Positions 1-9,437 are shown, counted from the first letter of the stretch. The stretch: DNA of 17,686 nt from a bacterium (GCA_963663405.2 CAXXSM010000124.1:1-17686), one strand, 5' to 3'. The notes: generated from the letters alone by a model not told the origin. Translations and numbers: made by a program.

Positions 1-1564
1 CGCGCGCCTCAAGATGAGACGGGAAAAGTGATTGGCTATTTGCGCATCCAGTGGGGGCCGGAAGCGACATGGCGGTATTTCCAGTTTTTAAAAAAGGGGA
101 TCGGCTATACGGCTGGAGTTTTCTTTCTTTTATCGTTTTTTATCGCCCATTTCATTCTTTATCGCATGTACGCAAAAGAAAACTCCTATTTCTTGAGATG
201 ATTCGTCTTTTTTCTTCCAGCAATTATTCACAACGGATCGATGTGCGATCGCTCTCTCATGGATTCTCGGATATTGGTGTCCATCTGAATCGAATTTTTT
301 CGTCTATTGAAGAAGAGATGAACCGGCATGCGCATCTCAAGGATTCGCTGAGGGAAGCCGAACGAATCTGACTGAAGCGCGAAATACTTTGAGTAAAACC
401 CGCGCTGAGTATAATGATCTTCACAAACTGATCCGTTCCAGTCTGATCAATTTATTTGAAATTGTCTGGTCTGGTGTGGTGTTGATTGATGGACAATATC
501 AGATTCATTATATCAACAAACGGGCGGAACGTTTGCTCCGATTCGCTCAATTCGATAAGGATTGTATCTTAGACGAACGGCTGCGCCGTTGTCTTACGCC
601 ACTTGTGAAATTTCATTCCGTTGAATGCGTTGATGATCTCTGTGTGTGGCCGCAGCCGGCCTTGGGTCATTCCGTCTCTTGTCAAATACGCGCTGTTTCA
701 ATCCCTGTTGGCGATGGTTTCTTTTACTACCTTGTTCTTGTCCGCGAAGAGAGTGGTTTCCCCAAATTCCACGGTTCCTCCTATTTCTCAGAGCGCCTGG
801 TGATTGATATTCTGGCAAAGGAAACGCCTTCGCCGGTTTTAACTCTATTGAAAGGAGAGACGAAGGAATCAGCGATTGGCTCCGGCCTTGAATACAGATT
901 CCGTGAATGCTTGCGGAGGATCGAGCGGTTTCGTGAGATCGAAAGAGGCTTTGCCGGATCCGTCAAGACGTTTCGTTTGGCCGCATGGTTGAAAGATCAT
1001 TTCCGGGCGGATGATCTTTTCTCTGAACACTTGAATGTGATGTCCAGCGGCCCGAATGTAGAAGTGATGATAAAAGTTCCTGAACGTCTTCTGGTGGAAT
1101 TGGTTGATAACACGGTAGAGTTAATCGTACGGATTGGATACCAGATCAATGATCGTATCCGTACCCCAATCTCCCTTCACGCTTCCATTGATTCGCGTGG
1201 CGCCCCTGTCCTTTCCTTTGATATGCCTCATTTTACGCGAAAAGAAGCGTCTTTCCTTCATGATTTACTCGAAGAACGCATTGGATTTGGATATGAGAAA
1301 CAAAACAATGATCGATTGAGCTTTGAAGAATTGGAGCGGGATATCATTGTATCGATATATCGATTTGTGAAACGATTATTGCAAGTCAATGTGGAATGTG
1401 TTTTTTCAGAAAGTAAAAAAATGGCTACAATTCTTATGGTTATAGAAAATCATACATTCCCCGATGAATCCACTAATTTGGAAGCAGAATCTCCCGGTAC
1501 GGAATCCGTTCGCAATTTAGTTCGTGATTTTTTAAGTGGAATCAATTCTAATTTTCTGATCTGA
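1..1564 (+). CDS. 5'-truncated membrane sensor-like protein (TM-HAMP-coiled coil-PAS-degenerate histidine kinase domain), split by 2 apparent frameshifts
   Basis: Frame 1 from base 1 reads RAPQDETGKVIGYLRIQW...GIGYTAGVFFLLSFFIAHFILYRMYAKE (end of a sensor domain plus TM helix). It shifts near 175-185 into the HAMP-like ORF 51..371 (NYSQRID...FSDIGVHLNRIFSSIEEE), then near 360-365 into the frame of ORF 389..1564 (TNLTEARNTLSKTRAEY; PAS start SGVVLIDGQYQIHYINKRAERLL; N-box-like LLVELVDNTVE). Confidence 0.65.
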
Positions 1565-1595
1565 ACACGTTTGGTCTAGGATCATTCTCTTCATC

Positions 1596-1702
1596 TGAAA
1601 ATGAGTTGCGGTAGGGCGCCTCACGCTTTATCGATCCACCGGGAATGATTCACGAGAAAATGGCGCCTCATAAAGACGCTACCCACTACATGCTCATTTT
1701 CA
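1596..1702. repeat. REP-doublet (REPIN)-like imperfect inverted repeat element
   Basis: GTAGGG... at 1611 and ...CCACTAC ending 1689, with inner CTTTA/TAAAG arms. Flanked by the perfect 10-bp inverted repeat TGAAAATGAG (1596-1605) / CTCATTTTCA (1693-1702). CTCATTTTCATATA recurs at 1784-1797. Confidence 0.45.
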
Positions 1703-1814
1703 TATATACTATCATAATTGAGATCACAACCTGCAAATGATAATAAGTTGTGTAAGTCAACACGAGTGAGAGAGCCTTAGAAACTCATTTTCATATAAAA
1801 AAATCGAAAAAGTC

Positions 1815-1843
1815 TTGATTCCATTTCGACCTTAAGTTATATT
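1815..1843 (+). promoter_or_regulatory. candidate sigma-70 promoter upstream of the HU/IHF gene
   Basis: TTGATT (1815-1820), 17-bp spacer, TATATT (1838-1843), preceded by A-tracts resembling an UP element. Confidence 0.4.
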
Positions 1844-2247
1844 ATAACAAATACTTATTTTATTTGTTGGTTATTTTGCCTTCTTTTTCTGTCTTTAAAA
1901 GGATGGATTGGGAATGTATAGCTCGGTATATATCAATTCTTTGTGTTCTCTATTCTATTTGTATGCGGTATAGAAAAGATTTGTATTATAATTGGAGATA
2001 CTATCCAATAACTAGGTTATGATTCAATCGAAAGAGATAAAAAGGGCGGGGGAGGGGATATTAAAATAGGCTCTCCCCGCTTTAGACTGGTAGATTCTTT
2101 CAAGGCGAATCTTTGAATTTATCTTTCAGAATTTTATCATGCCTTGAAAGTGTTTCTTGTAACATCGTCTTAGAAGGGGATTTGGGATTCTTTCGATTTG
2201 TTTATGGTGTGATTTGTTTGCTCGAAATAGGCAATAGGAGAGGTGTG

Positions 2248-2538
2248 ATGACGAGCACAAAGAAGGATATTGTCAAGGAAGTAGCGGCAAGGACGGGTTT
2301 TGATATTGCCAGCGTGAAAGAAATCGTCCAGACAATGTTTGACGCGATGTGCGATGGTTTGGCGCGGGATGGAAATATCGAGATTCGCAATTTTGGTATT
2401 TTTAAAGTGAAAGAAACTCCCGCCAGAAAAGCCAGAAATCCCAAAACCAGTGAAATTATTATCGTTCCCGAAAAGAAACACGTCAGTTTTAAACCCGGCC
2501 AACTCATGAAAGAAAGAATTAATACGCAACCGGAATAA
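2248..2538 (+). CDS. HU/IHF family DNA-binding protein (IHF-beta-like), 96 aa
   Basis: MTSTKKDIVKEVA...IEIRNFGIFKVKETPARKARNPKTSE...VSFKPGQLMKERIN matches the bacterial histone-like signature. RBS AGGAGAGG at 2236-2243 supports ATG 2248 (or GTG 2245). Confidence 0.93.
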   Translation: MTSTKKDIVKEVAARTGFDIASVKEIVQTMFDAMCDGLARDGNIEIRNFGIFKVKETPARKARNPKTSEIIIVPEKKHVSFKPGQLMKERINTQPE

Positions 2539-2720
2539 ACGATAATGACGAAACGGCAAAGATTTTTTCATCAATCTACCCGTTAGATTTGGGTGTTTTA
2601 GAAATGTCATCAGGTACACGGAACAGAAAACAAAATACAGGAACCTTTTTTCCCCCATCTTTGTCGAGTAAGATTGACACGCCTGTATAATGATTTCAGA
2701 TTATAATCTTTACACTGATT

Positions 2721-3608
2721 GTGATAAAAAGTATGGGTGATTCACAGGATTTATTGAAAAAAGCTCTCTCGGATGTCAATGATATCCCCGCATTGCCGGA
2801 TGTTGTCGTTAAAGTGATGCAGTTAACCCGCAATCCCGATGTTACTGCGGAAGAACTGACGACTGTGATTTCAAAAGATCCGGCTCTGACAGGGAATATT
2901 CTCCGCCTTTGTAATTCTGCGTTATATGGTCTGCCAAGAACGGTTTCCTCCCTGAAACAGGCCGTGATGTACTTAGGTTTTCACACCGTTCGAAATCTAG
3001 TTCTCACCTGCTCAATGAGCAATCTCTTTAATACGGATGTGAAAATCCCCGGTTATACCGAAGGTGGGCTTTGGGTTCATTCGATCGCTTGCGCGATTGG
3101 GTGTGAAATGATCTGTAAAACCATTCGTCCTATTCGGAAAGCCATCAGCGACGCCGCTTTCACCGCGGGTTTACTGCATGATATCGGTCAGATTTTAATA
3201 GGCATGCGGTCGATGGGGACGCTGGAAACAATCGAGGAACTGATGCTGGAAGGTGGGATGAGTCAAGTGGAAGCGGAAAAAGAAGCGTTGGGCTACTCCC
3301 ATGATGAATTGGGTTCTGCGCTTTTAAGTCACTGGGATTTTCCCGATCTACTGGTCCTTGGCTTGAAATATCATCATTTCCCTGATCGAGCGGAGAAAAG
3401 CATAACCATGCCTTCCCTTGTCCATATCACGAATTCGCTCATTTGTGATATGGGCTTTGGAATCGATTTAGAACAAATGAAACATACGCCTAACGAATTC
3501 GCCATCGATACTGTGGGAATGGATCCAAGTGATCTTATGAAATTGCGGGAAGATATAGAATCGATGGTCAAAGAAAATTCGGAAATGTTTCTGCAACTCT
3601 CTGGATAG
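2721..3608 (+). CDS. HDOD domain signal-transduction protein
   Basis: IPALPDVV, ISKDPALTGNILRLCNSALYG, SLKQAVMYLG, LWVHS, AFTAGLLHDIG, HDELG...WDFP...YHH are the HDOD motif series. The start may be ATG 2733. Confidence 0.92.
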   Translation: MIKSMGDSQDLLKKALSDVNDIPALPDVVVKVMQLTRNPDVTAEELTTVISKDPALTGNILRLCNSALYGLPRTVSSLKQAVMYLGFHTVRNLVLTCSMSNLFNTDVKIPGYTEGGLWVHSIACAIGCEMICKTIRPIRKAISDAAFTAGLLHDIGQILIGMRSMGTLETIEELMLEGGMSQVEAEKEALGYSHDELGSALLSHWDFPDLLVLGLKYHHFPDRAEKSITMPSLVHITNSLICDMGFGIDLEQMKHTPNEFAIDTVGMDPSDLMKLREDIESMVKENSEMFLQLSG

Positions 3609-3683
3609 TATCCTGCCTCTTGCGCTAGCGAAAATACTCCATGCGAAACAGTCCTAGATTTGTTTTGTTCATCAGGAACTAAC

Positions 3684-6395
3684 TTAACTCAGAAAATCCA
3701 TCAAGGATTGCTGGACGATCAAGGCGGACGCCTGCAGCGCCGCGTTGAACGCGTTTTCCGCTGTCGATAGATCGGTGACCAGTTCCGCGAGATCCGCGTC
3801 CTCCACGGTGGATAATTGCTGGCGCAGCAGGTCCTCACTGTCTTCTAAACGGTATTCCACCATATCCAGGCGATTCATTCGGGCGCCGAGTTGTGTCCGG
3901 CTGTTTAAGATAATATCCAAATCGTAATCCAACGCTTCGAGTGAATCTTGGATGGCTTCCGTATCGTCGTTACGAAGAGCGTTCTCCAGGTTCTTTATCG
4001 TGAGGAAAATATTCTTTTCTTCGACCTCATCGACCGTCCCCTCTTCCCGCCATCCTAGAATCGAGGCGGTGTTTTGATTGCTGGTGTAAGGAGAAAGCGT
4101 CTCCGCCTCCGCTTCGGTTGTGTAGGTGTAGCCGGCGATCCCGATTTGTTCTGTGAAGCGTGTAGCTGAATCGGCGCCTGTGGTGTCGTTCGCTGAATCA
4201 ATCAATATTGTGTGCCCATCGTAATGGTTGAAGATTTCGAGTCTGCCGTCAATGATTTGCGCGGAGAACAATCCACCTCCCGGTCCCGCTTCTCCATCTG
4301 CTTCGTCGATGCGTTTCACGAGGTCTTCGATTGTATCGTCCGCGTTCACTTCGATGGTATAGTTTTCCATCGTCAGACCGGAACCATCACGGATTTCAAT
4401 TGTAAATTCTCCATCGTCAATCGCCGCGAGATCGCTGACGGCCGCGCCTTCGGTAATCACTGGATCCGATTGAATCCGTTTCAGGGAAGGGGGTTGTATT
4501 AATCCCAAGTCTTTCGCCGTAGTTCCATCCGACATATCCATAATACTGAGTGCATCATTGGTACCTGTTGTGGAGATAATGTTGATGCCGGTCTTCGTTT
4601 CATTAATCTCCGCCAGGACTCCAATATCCGCGTCATTGATCGCATTGAGAACTTCCCCAATCGTATCCGCCTCGCGCAGGTCAACGGTTTTGGACCGGCC
4701 GTCATTTTGAATGACAATCAGACCCTGATTCAGTGAGGTTGATGTTTCATTTCGTATCCCGAGGCTGCCTTCCGCGCTATCGGTTAACGCGCCGGGCAAG
4801 TCCTCTAGTTTTGTGCTCAGTTCTAGATCACCATATCGGCTGACGCTCTGTTCTCCTGTTGTTTCATCGATGGTTACACGGGTTGTGATGTCGCGTCCGA
4901 AGAGTTTCCGTACATCATCCACTTTGAAGACATCCGTACTATCAACGGCGCTCACTTCCAGGCCTGTGCCCTCCGCGTTGACGTAAACCGACGCCCGGCC
5001 TTGCAATTGAGGATGGTTATTAATCAGATTCAATAAATCCCCTAATGAAGAACCGGGGATGTCATCCGCGCTGCCTCCGGCGCCGTTAAAGTCATTCCCT
5101 TGCGTTAATCCACGCAGGTCGATGTCAATGACTTCATCATCAATTGTGATCCGGATCGCTTCCAGATCGGTTAGGAATTCTGGTGAACCGTTTTCAAGTA
5201 TGACTTCATTTCCATCTTGATCGATGTTCGTCAACGCGAGGTTGTCACTGAATGGAGTGGCTGGTTCATATTCTGGGCCTGTATTGGTCACGGCGAATAG
5301 AAATGAATCGTCCTCTAATCGGACGGCGCCGCGTTCCGGCGCTGGATCGGCGGTGGGATCGGATAATGGATTCGTGGCGGGATAGCCGGTGGTGAGTGAT
5401 CGTTGAGAAACCACTTGCCGGTGCATACCCAACGCGCCTAACAGATTCGCTCCATAAGGGGTATCCGGCGGGAAACCCGTGTCTCTCGATCCATCGCTCA
5501 ACTCCAGCGCGTCCGCCCGTTGGGAGGTGATGACAAGTTGGTTTTCACTATTAATCGACGCGGTGACATCGTCGATGTTGGCGTTGATCCGGTCGCGCAC
5601 GTCTTCTAATGAATCCACCGATAAATCGACGCGGATCGTTTCCCCATAAATCGTGAATTCAGCGAGATTATTCGGACTCGATGTTGGAGAATTCGTGGGA
5701 TTGGGCGAACCGTCAACCGAAGCGTCAGCGGGTTGGTCCGGCAAGGGAGGGAGATTGGGATAGTTCGCGTTGGCGATTCGCAGTTGTTCGGCTAAGGGCG
5801 CCGAAGTGTCTTCTATGCGAATGGAAGCGGTGATCTGGTTTGGCGTATGGAGGAATGTGTCCAGACCGGTTAGGTTGGTGGCTATGGTTTGACTCTTGCC
5901 GATAGTCACTTTCCGTTCGAAATCGTCTCCTTGATAGAGAACCGTTCCATCGGTCGCGATGAACGCCTGTTTTTTTGTTTCACTGCCGCCAAGAATGTAT
6001 TGTCCATTGTAATTGGCGTTGGCCAGATCCAGCGCTTGCGCGTAGAGTTCGGCGATCTCGTTCGCGATCGAGATACGGGCGGAGGAATCCACATCCGTGG
6101 CTCCTTCAACAGCAAGCTGCCGGACGGTTTGCAGAACGTCCGTCAGTCCATTCAGCGTCGTTTCAGTCAATTCCAAGTTTGTCCGGGCGCTTGTCGTGTT
6201 TCGTTGAAACCGGCGGTCTTGATAGATTGTCGTTCTAAGGGATAAACTCACAGGAAAATCTACAGGATCATCAGCCGGCCGGTTAATTCGCAGGCCCGTG
6301 GAAAGCTGTTCTTGAATGCGGGAGATCCGCTCAATATTGGTTTGTAAAAATAAAAGTGAACGATTGCTTAGTATATTTTGCGTAATACGCACCAT
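3684..6395 (-). CDS. flgL: flagellar hook-associated protein 3 (FlgL), enlarged 903 aa form with multiple inserted domains
   Basis: Flagellin-family N-terminus (MVRITQN...QEQLSTGLRINRPADDP...NGQYILGGSETK...YQGD) and C-terminus (RTQLGARMNRL...LSTVEDADLAE...AALQASALIVQQSLMDFLS). Lies directly downstream of flgK, with AGGAG in the 21-bp spacer. Confidence 0.9.
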   Translation of the reverse strand: MVRITQNILSNRSLLFLQTNIERISRIQEQLSTGLRINRPADDPVDFPVSLSLRTTIYQDRRFQRNTTSARTNLELTETTLNGLTDVLQTVRQLAVEGATDVDSSARISIANEIAELYAQALDLANANYNGQYILGGSETKKQAFIATDGTVLYQGDDFERKVTIGKSQTIATNLTGLDTFLHTPNQITASIRIEDTSAPLAEQLRIANANYPNLPPLPDQPADASVDGSPNPTNSPTSSPNNLAEFTIYGETIRVDLSVDSLEDVRDRINANIDDVTASINSENQLVITSQRADALELSDGSRDTGFPPDTPYGANLLGALGMHRQVVSQRSLTTGYPATNPLSDPTADPAPERGAVRLEDDSFLFAVTNTGPEYEPATPFSDNLALTNIDQDGNEVILENGSPEFLTDLEAIRITIDDEVIDIDLRGLTQGNDFNGAGGSADDIPGSSLGDLLNLINNHPQLQGRASVYVNAEGTGLEVSAVDSTDVFKVDDVRKLFGRDITTRVTIDETTGEQSVSRYGDLELSTKLEDLPGALTDSAEGSLGIRNETSTSLNQGLIVIQNDGRSKTVDLREADTIGEVLNAINDADIGVLAEINETKTGINIISTTGTNDALSIMDMSDGTTAKDLGLIQPPSLKRIQSDPVITEGAAVSDLAAIDDGEFTIEIRDGSGLTMENYTIEVNADDTIEDLVKRIDEADGEAGPGGGLFSAQIIDGRLEIFNHYDGHTILIDSANDTTGADSATRFTEQIGIAGYTYTTEAEAETLSPYTSNQNTASILGWREEGTVDEVEEKNIFLTIKNLENALRNDDTEAIQDSLEALDYDLDIILNSRTQLGARMNRLDMVEYRLEDSEDLLRQQLSTVEDADLAELVTDLSTAENAFNAALQASALIVQQSLMDFLS

Positions 6396-6416
6396 GATTC
6401 CATACGCTCCTATCTA

Positions 6417-9400
6417 TTACGCGCCGATCTGGTTAATGACAATGTCCAACAGTTGATCGATTGTGCTGATGATGCGCGCCGACGCTTGAAAGGCCTGTTG
6501 ATACCGGATCAGGTCGATCGATTCTTCATCGAGGGAGACGCCCGCATTCTGTTCTTGGATGGTTTCCAGTTCGGTTTGGATGGCGCGGTTCGTCTCATAA
6601 AACTGGGAGACACGACTGCTCTCCAGTCCCAGTTTAGCGATGATGGATCGGTATAATTCTCCTGGTGATTGTCCATTAATGGCGGGCGCGTCTTCTAGCG
6701 CCGCCATCGCCAACACGGCTTCGTTATTGCCCACCGCGCCGTCAGCGGAAGCGGCCAGCAGGTTTACGTTGTCAACAAGATCCTGGTTGACGCGAATACT
6801 CTCTGCGTCTGTTCCCATAAAGAAAGTGTTGATCCCAGCAGAGGAAAGAAAACCACTCGTGTCGCCGGTAAACGTGATCTGATCGTCTCCGGTCGTGGTG
6901 ATCTCAAATCCATCTTCCCCCACGATTTCCGCCCGGACCATCGCCCCAATGTTATCCCCTACTTGAAGAGCGGATTCCGCTCCGGAAATGGGGGAATCCA
7001 AGGTCTCATCCAAAACCGGCCCTTCTGTAAAACCCAGCGCCGACAAAATGAGACTGTCATCGCTTCGGAATGTAAATTCGAAATCCCCAGTCGCTTGCAC
7101 TTGCAGGCGGTTGATAGATGGGTCTTTTTCATCGGCTGCGATGGATGCGATGACCGGCGCGCCGCTTTTACCCGCCGCCTCATTGATGGAATCGATAATG
7201 CCCTGCAGCGAGAGTACACCACCATCTATAGAGGGATCAGCTGAAATGGGCACTTCAACGATATTCGTGATCGTGCCCTCCTCATTAGCGATAACGATTT
7301 CAAAACTGCCTTCGACGAAGGGATTATCTCCCAGACGGCCATATCCATCGATCGCATCGAATCCCAGCGCTTCGATCAATCCCGTTGTATCGTTTTGAAA
7401 GAAGAATGAACGGTTATTCTCTGCGCGGATGATCATTTGGTTATCCGCGGTAAATTCGACTTGAAGATTTTCATCCGCCGCGGTAATCGCATTGGCGAAA
7501 GCGGCCATCGTATCGACTCCGCCTCCGATATCGATCGTAGTGACTTGCGGATTGTTGTTGTTATCAATGACGACCAATTCCAGAGTGCCCGCGCTGATAA
7601 CACTGGGGGGCGGGCCTGGGAACGCGGGTGAGAATTGGGGGATTCCGCCCCCGATAAAAGAATCCGTTAACGCGCCGGAGAATGATCCGGACACTTCGGT
7701 TGTATCGCCACCATTTAAGGGGATCGTCGGATCGGTAATCGGAAAATCAAACGCGCGGATTAATCCGGATGTATCGTTTTGAATCGACAGCGTTTCTCCG
7801 GATTTGATCGGCAGAATCTGTAAGGTGGTTACAGACGGATCGTCTTTACTGGGAACCAGGTTGGCTTTGATTTTGCCATTTCCGGCGTCCTGAATGGCGG
7901 CGGCGAGTTCAGCCATAGTCATATCGCCGGTGAAAGTGACGGTATAAGGTTCAATTGCCCCGGTGGTGGGATCTGTATCAATCGCGTTCCCCGCCGCGTC
8001 GCGCAGATGAATCTCGAATGAATACGTTCCAGCGCCTTCAGAGATGGGATAGCCATCAACTACCCGCAGCTGACCCAACGCGGTTCCGGTTTCATCCACT
8101 TCTATGCCTTTTGTTCCTTGGGTTTTTGAAACATAGACAGGATCAAAGGTTAGAGCCGACTGCGCGGTTTTCACGATTCCATCGGACCGATCGATACGCT
8201 GGACCAGATCGTAAAGTGTATCGTCTGTATCGACTTGGACCTCATACGTATCCAACGTTTCATTTTCTTCATCGGTGATACGGATTTGAAAGGAACCATC
8301 GGATACGGGATAAGGTTGGTCACTTAAGGGCGCGTCGCTTGGAAGGTTAGGATTATTGAAGATCGTATCTAATGTGATTGTGGAATCAGCCCTGGTTGCG
8401 CCGGTTGGGATTTCGAAATGGCTGGTCAATGAAGAGTAGCCTTCAAGACCCGATGCGCCGCTGTGGATTTCATTGATACCTTGTATGATCCCACGGGCCA
8501 GTGTATCGATATCTTCGCGCAAGTAAGGAAGAATCCGGTCACGCGCGTCCAGCACGGCTCCTAGTTTACCTTGCCGGATCTCGGAATCCAGATCGTATAA
8601 TCCCTCTTCACCTTGCCGAACGCTGATCGTATCCAAACCATTGGAATTCTGTATGGTTACCGTAGTCAGTGGATTCACGGATATACCATCAACGAGCCGC
8701 TGTCCTGCGAGGGTAACGCTGATTTTTCCTTCCTCGTCTTCGATTGTCCGGATAGGGATCACTTCTGACATTTCCGACAACAACGCATCTCGTTGATCGC
8801 GTAGATCGTTGGCGTGAGCTTTCCCACTGACCTCCGCTACGGCGATGCTTTGATTCAGCGAGGCGATCTCATACGCCATCCGGTTGACATCTTCAACCAT
8901 CAGGGAAACACGTTCATTGAGATCGTTGTGCATGGTGTTGAATTCATCGACGACAAAGTTCAAGGTATCGGCGAGTGAGACCGCGCTCTCGATAGCCGAG
9001 GTTCGCGCTTCGGGCGCTTCCGGTGTGAGGGATAATTCGTGAAGGGCGCTGTAGAATTGTCCCAGCAGGTTGTTTAATCCTCCCGCCGCTGTTTCGTCGA
9101 CGCTGGACGAGATGGGGGTGAGTGGATCGCTCAATACGGCTTCGATTTGTAGAAATAGACGGTCCAGTTCTTCATTGAACGCCGTATCGCTTTTCACTTC
9201 GCGGATTTGCGCATCAAGAAACATATCCCGAAGGCGTTCCACGTTTGTGATTTCTACGCCTTGACCGAAGATCCCTTGGGCGTTTTGGAGAGGATTCGAG
9301 GAGGATTGCGTTACGCGCTGCCGCGAATATCCTTCTGTATCAACGTTTGATATATTTTGGCCGGTCGTATTCAGGCCAGCCTGCGCCGCGCTCACCCCGC

Positions 9401-9437
9401 GCGCGCCGATATTCAGAATACCGTATAGAGATACCAT
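6417..9437 (-). CDS. flgK: flagellar hook-associated protein 1 (FlgK), enlarged 1006 aa form
   Basis: N-terminal LNTTGQNISNVDTEGYSRQRV, ANDLRDQRDALL, GKLGAVLDARD; C-terminal GVSLDEESIDLIRYQQAFQASARII, all canonical FlgK motifs. Confidence 0.95.
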   Translation of the reverse strand: MVSLYGILNIGARGVSAAQAGLNTTGQNISNVDTEGYSRQRVTQSSSNPLQNAQGIFGQGVEITNVERLRDMFLDAQIREVKSDTAFNEELDRLFLQIEAVLSDPLTPISSSVDETAAGGLNNLLGQFYSALHELSLTPEAPEARTSAIESAVSLADTLNFVVDEFNTMHNDLNERVSLMVEDVNRMAYEIASLNQSIAVAEVSGKAHANDLRDQRDALLSEMSEVIPIRTIEDEEGKISVTLAGQRLVDGISVNPLTTVTIQNSNGLDTISVRQGEEGLYDLDSEIRQGKLGAVLDARDRILPYLREDIDTLARGIIQGINEIHSGASGLEGYSSLTSHFEIPTGATRADSTITLDTIFNNPNLPSDAPLSDQPYPVSDGSFQIRITDEENETLDTYEVQVDTDDTLYDLVQRIDRSDGIVKTAQSALTFDPVYVSKTQGTKGIEVDETGTALGQLRVVDGYPISEGAGTYSFEIHLRDAAGNAIDTDPTTGAIEPYTVTFTGDMTMAELAAAIQDAGNGKIKANLVPSKDDPSVTTLQILPIKSGETLSIQNDTSGLIRAFDFPITDPTIPLNGGDTTEVSGSFSGALTDSFIGGGIPQFSPAFPGPPPSVISAGTLELVVIDNNNNPQVTTIDIGGGVDTMAAFANAITAADENLQVEFTADNQMIIRAENNRSFFFQNDTTGLIEALGFDAIDGYGRLGDNPFVEGSFEIVIANEEGTITNIVEVPISADPSIDGGVLSLQGIIDSINEAAGKSGAPVIASIAADEKDPSINRLQVQATGDFEFTFRSDDSLILSALGFTEGPVLDETLDSPISGAESALQVGDNIGAMVRAEIVGEDGFEITTTGDDQITFTGDTSGFLSSAGINTFFMGTDAESIRVNQDLVDNVNLLAASADGAVGNNEAVLAMAALEDAPAINGQSPGELYRSIIAKLGLESSRVSQFYETNRAIQTELETIQEQNAGVSLDEESIDLIRYQQAFQASARIISTIDQLLDIVINQIGA

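Noticed and set aside
2113-2247. 45-aa N-terminal extension on the HU/IHF ORF (TTG start at 2113)
   Set aside because: A strong RBS precedes ATG 2248 and family similarity starts there.
2170-2658. Minus-strand ORFs 2170..2658 and 2202..2507
   Set aside because: Antisense shadows of the HU/IHF gene with no recognisable motifs.
2674-2707. TTGACA plus two TATAAT hexamers upstream of the HDOD gene
   Set aside because: Spacers are 6 and 22 bp, neither fitting sigma-70 geometry. A promoter is likely nearby but cannot be placed.
6396-6416. Two GGA motifs (AGGA, ATGGA) in the flgK-flgL spacer as possible CsrA sites
   Set aside because: One is the RBS and the motifs are too short to distinguish from chance; no csrA in the window.
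3745-9264. Numerous short ORFs overlapping flgK/flgL on either strand
   Set aside because: Shadow or out-of-frame ORFs within well-supported genes.
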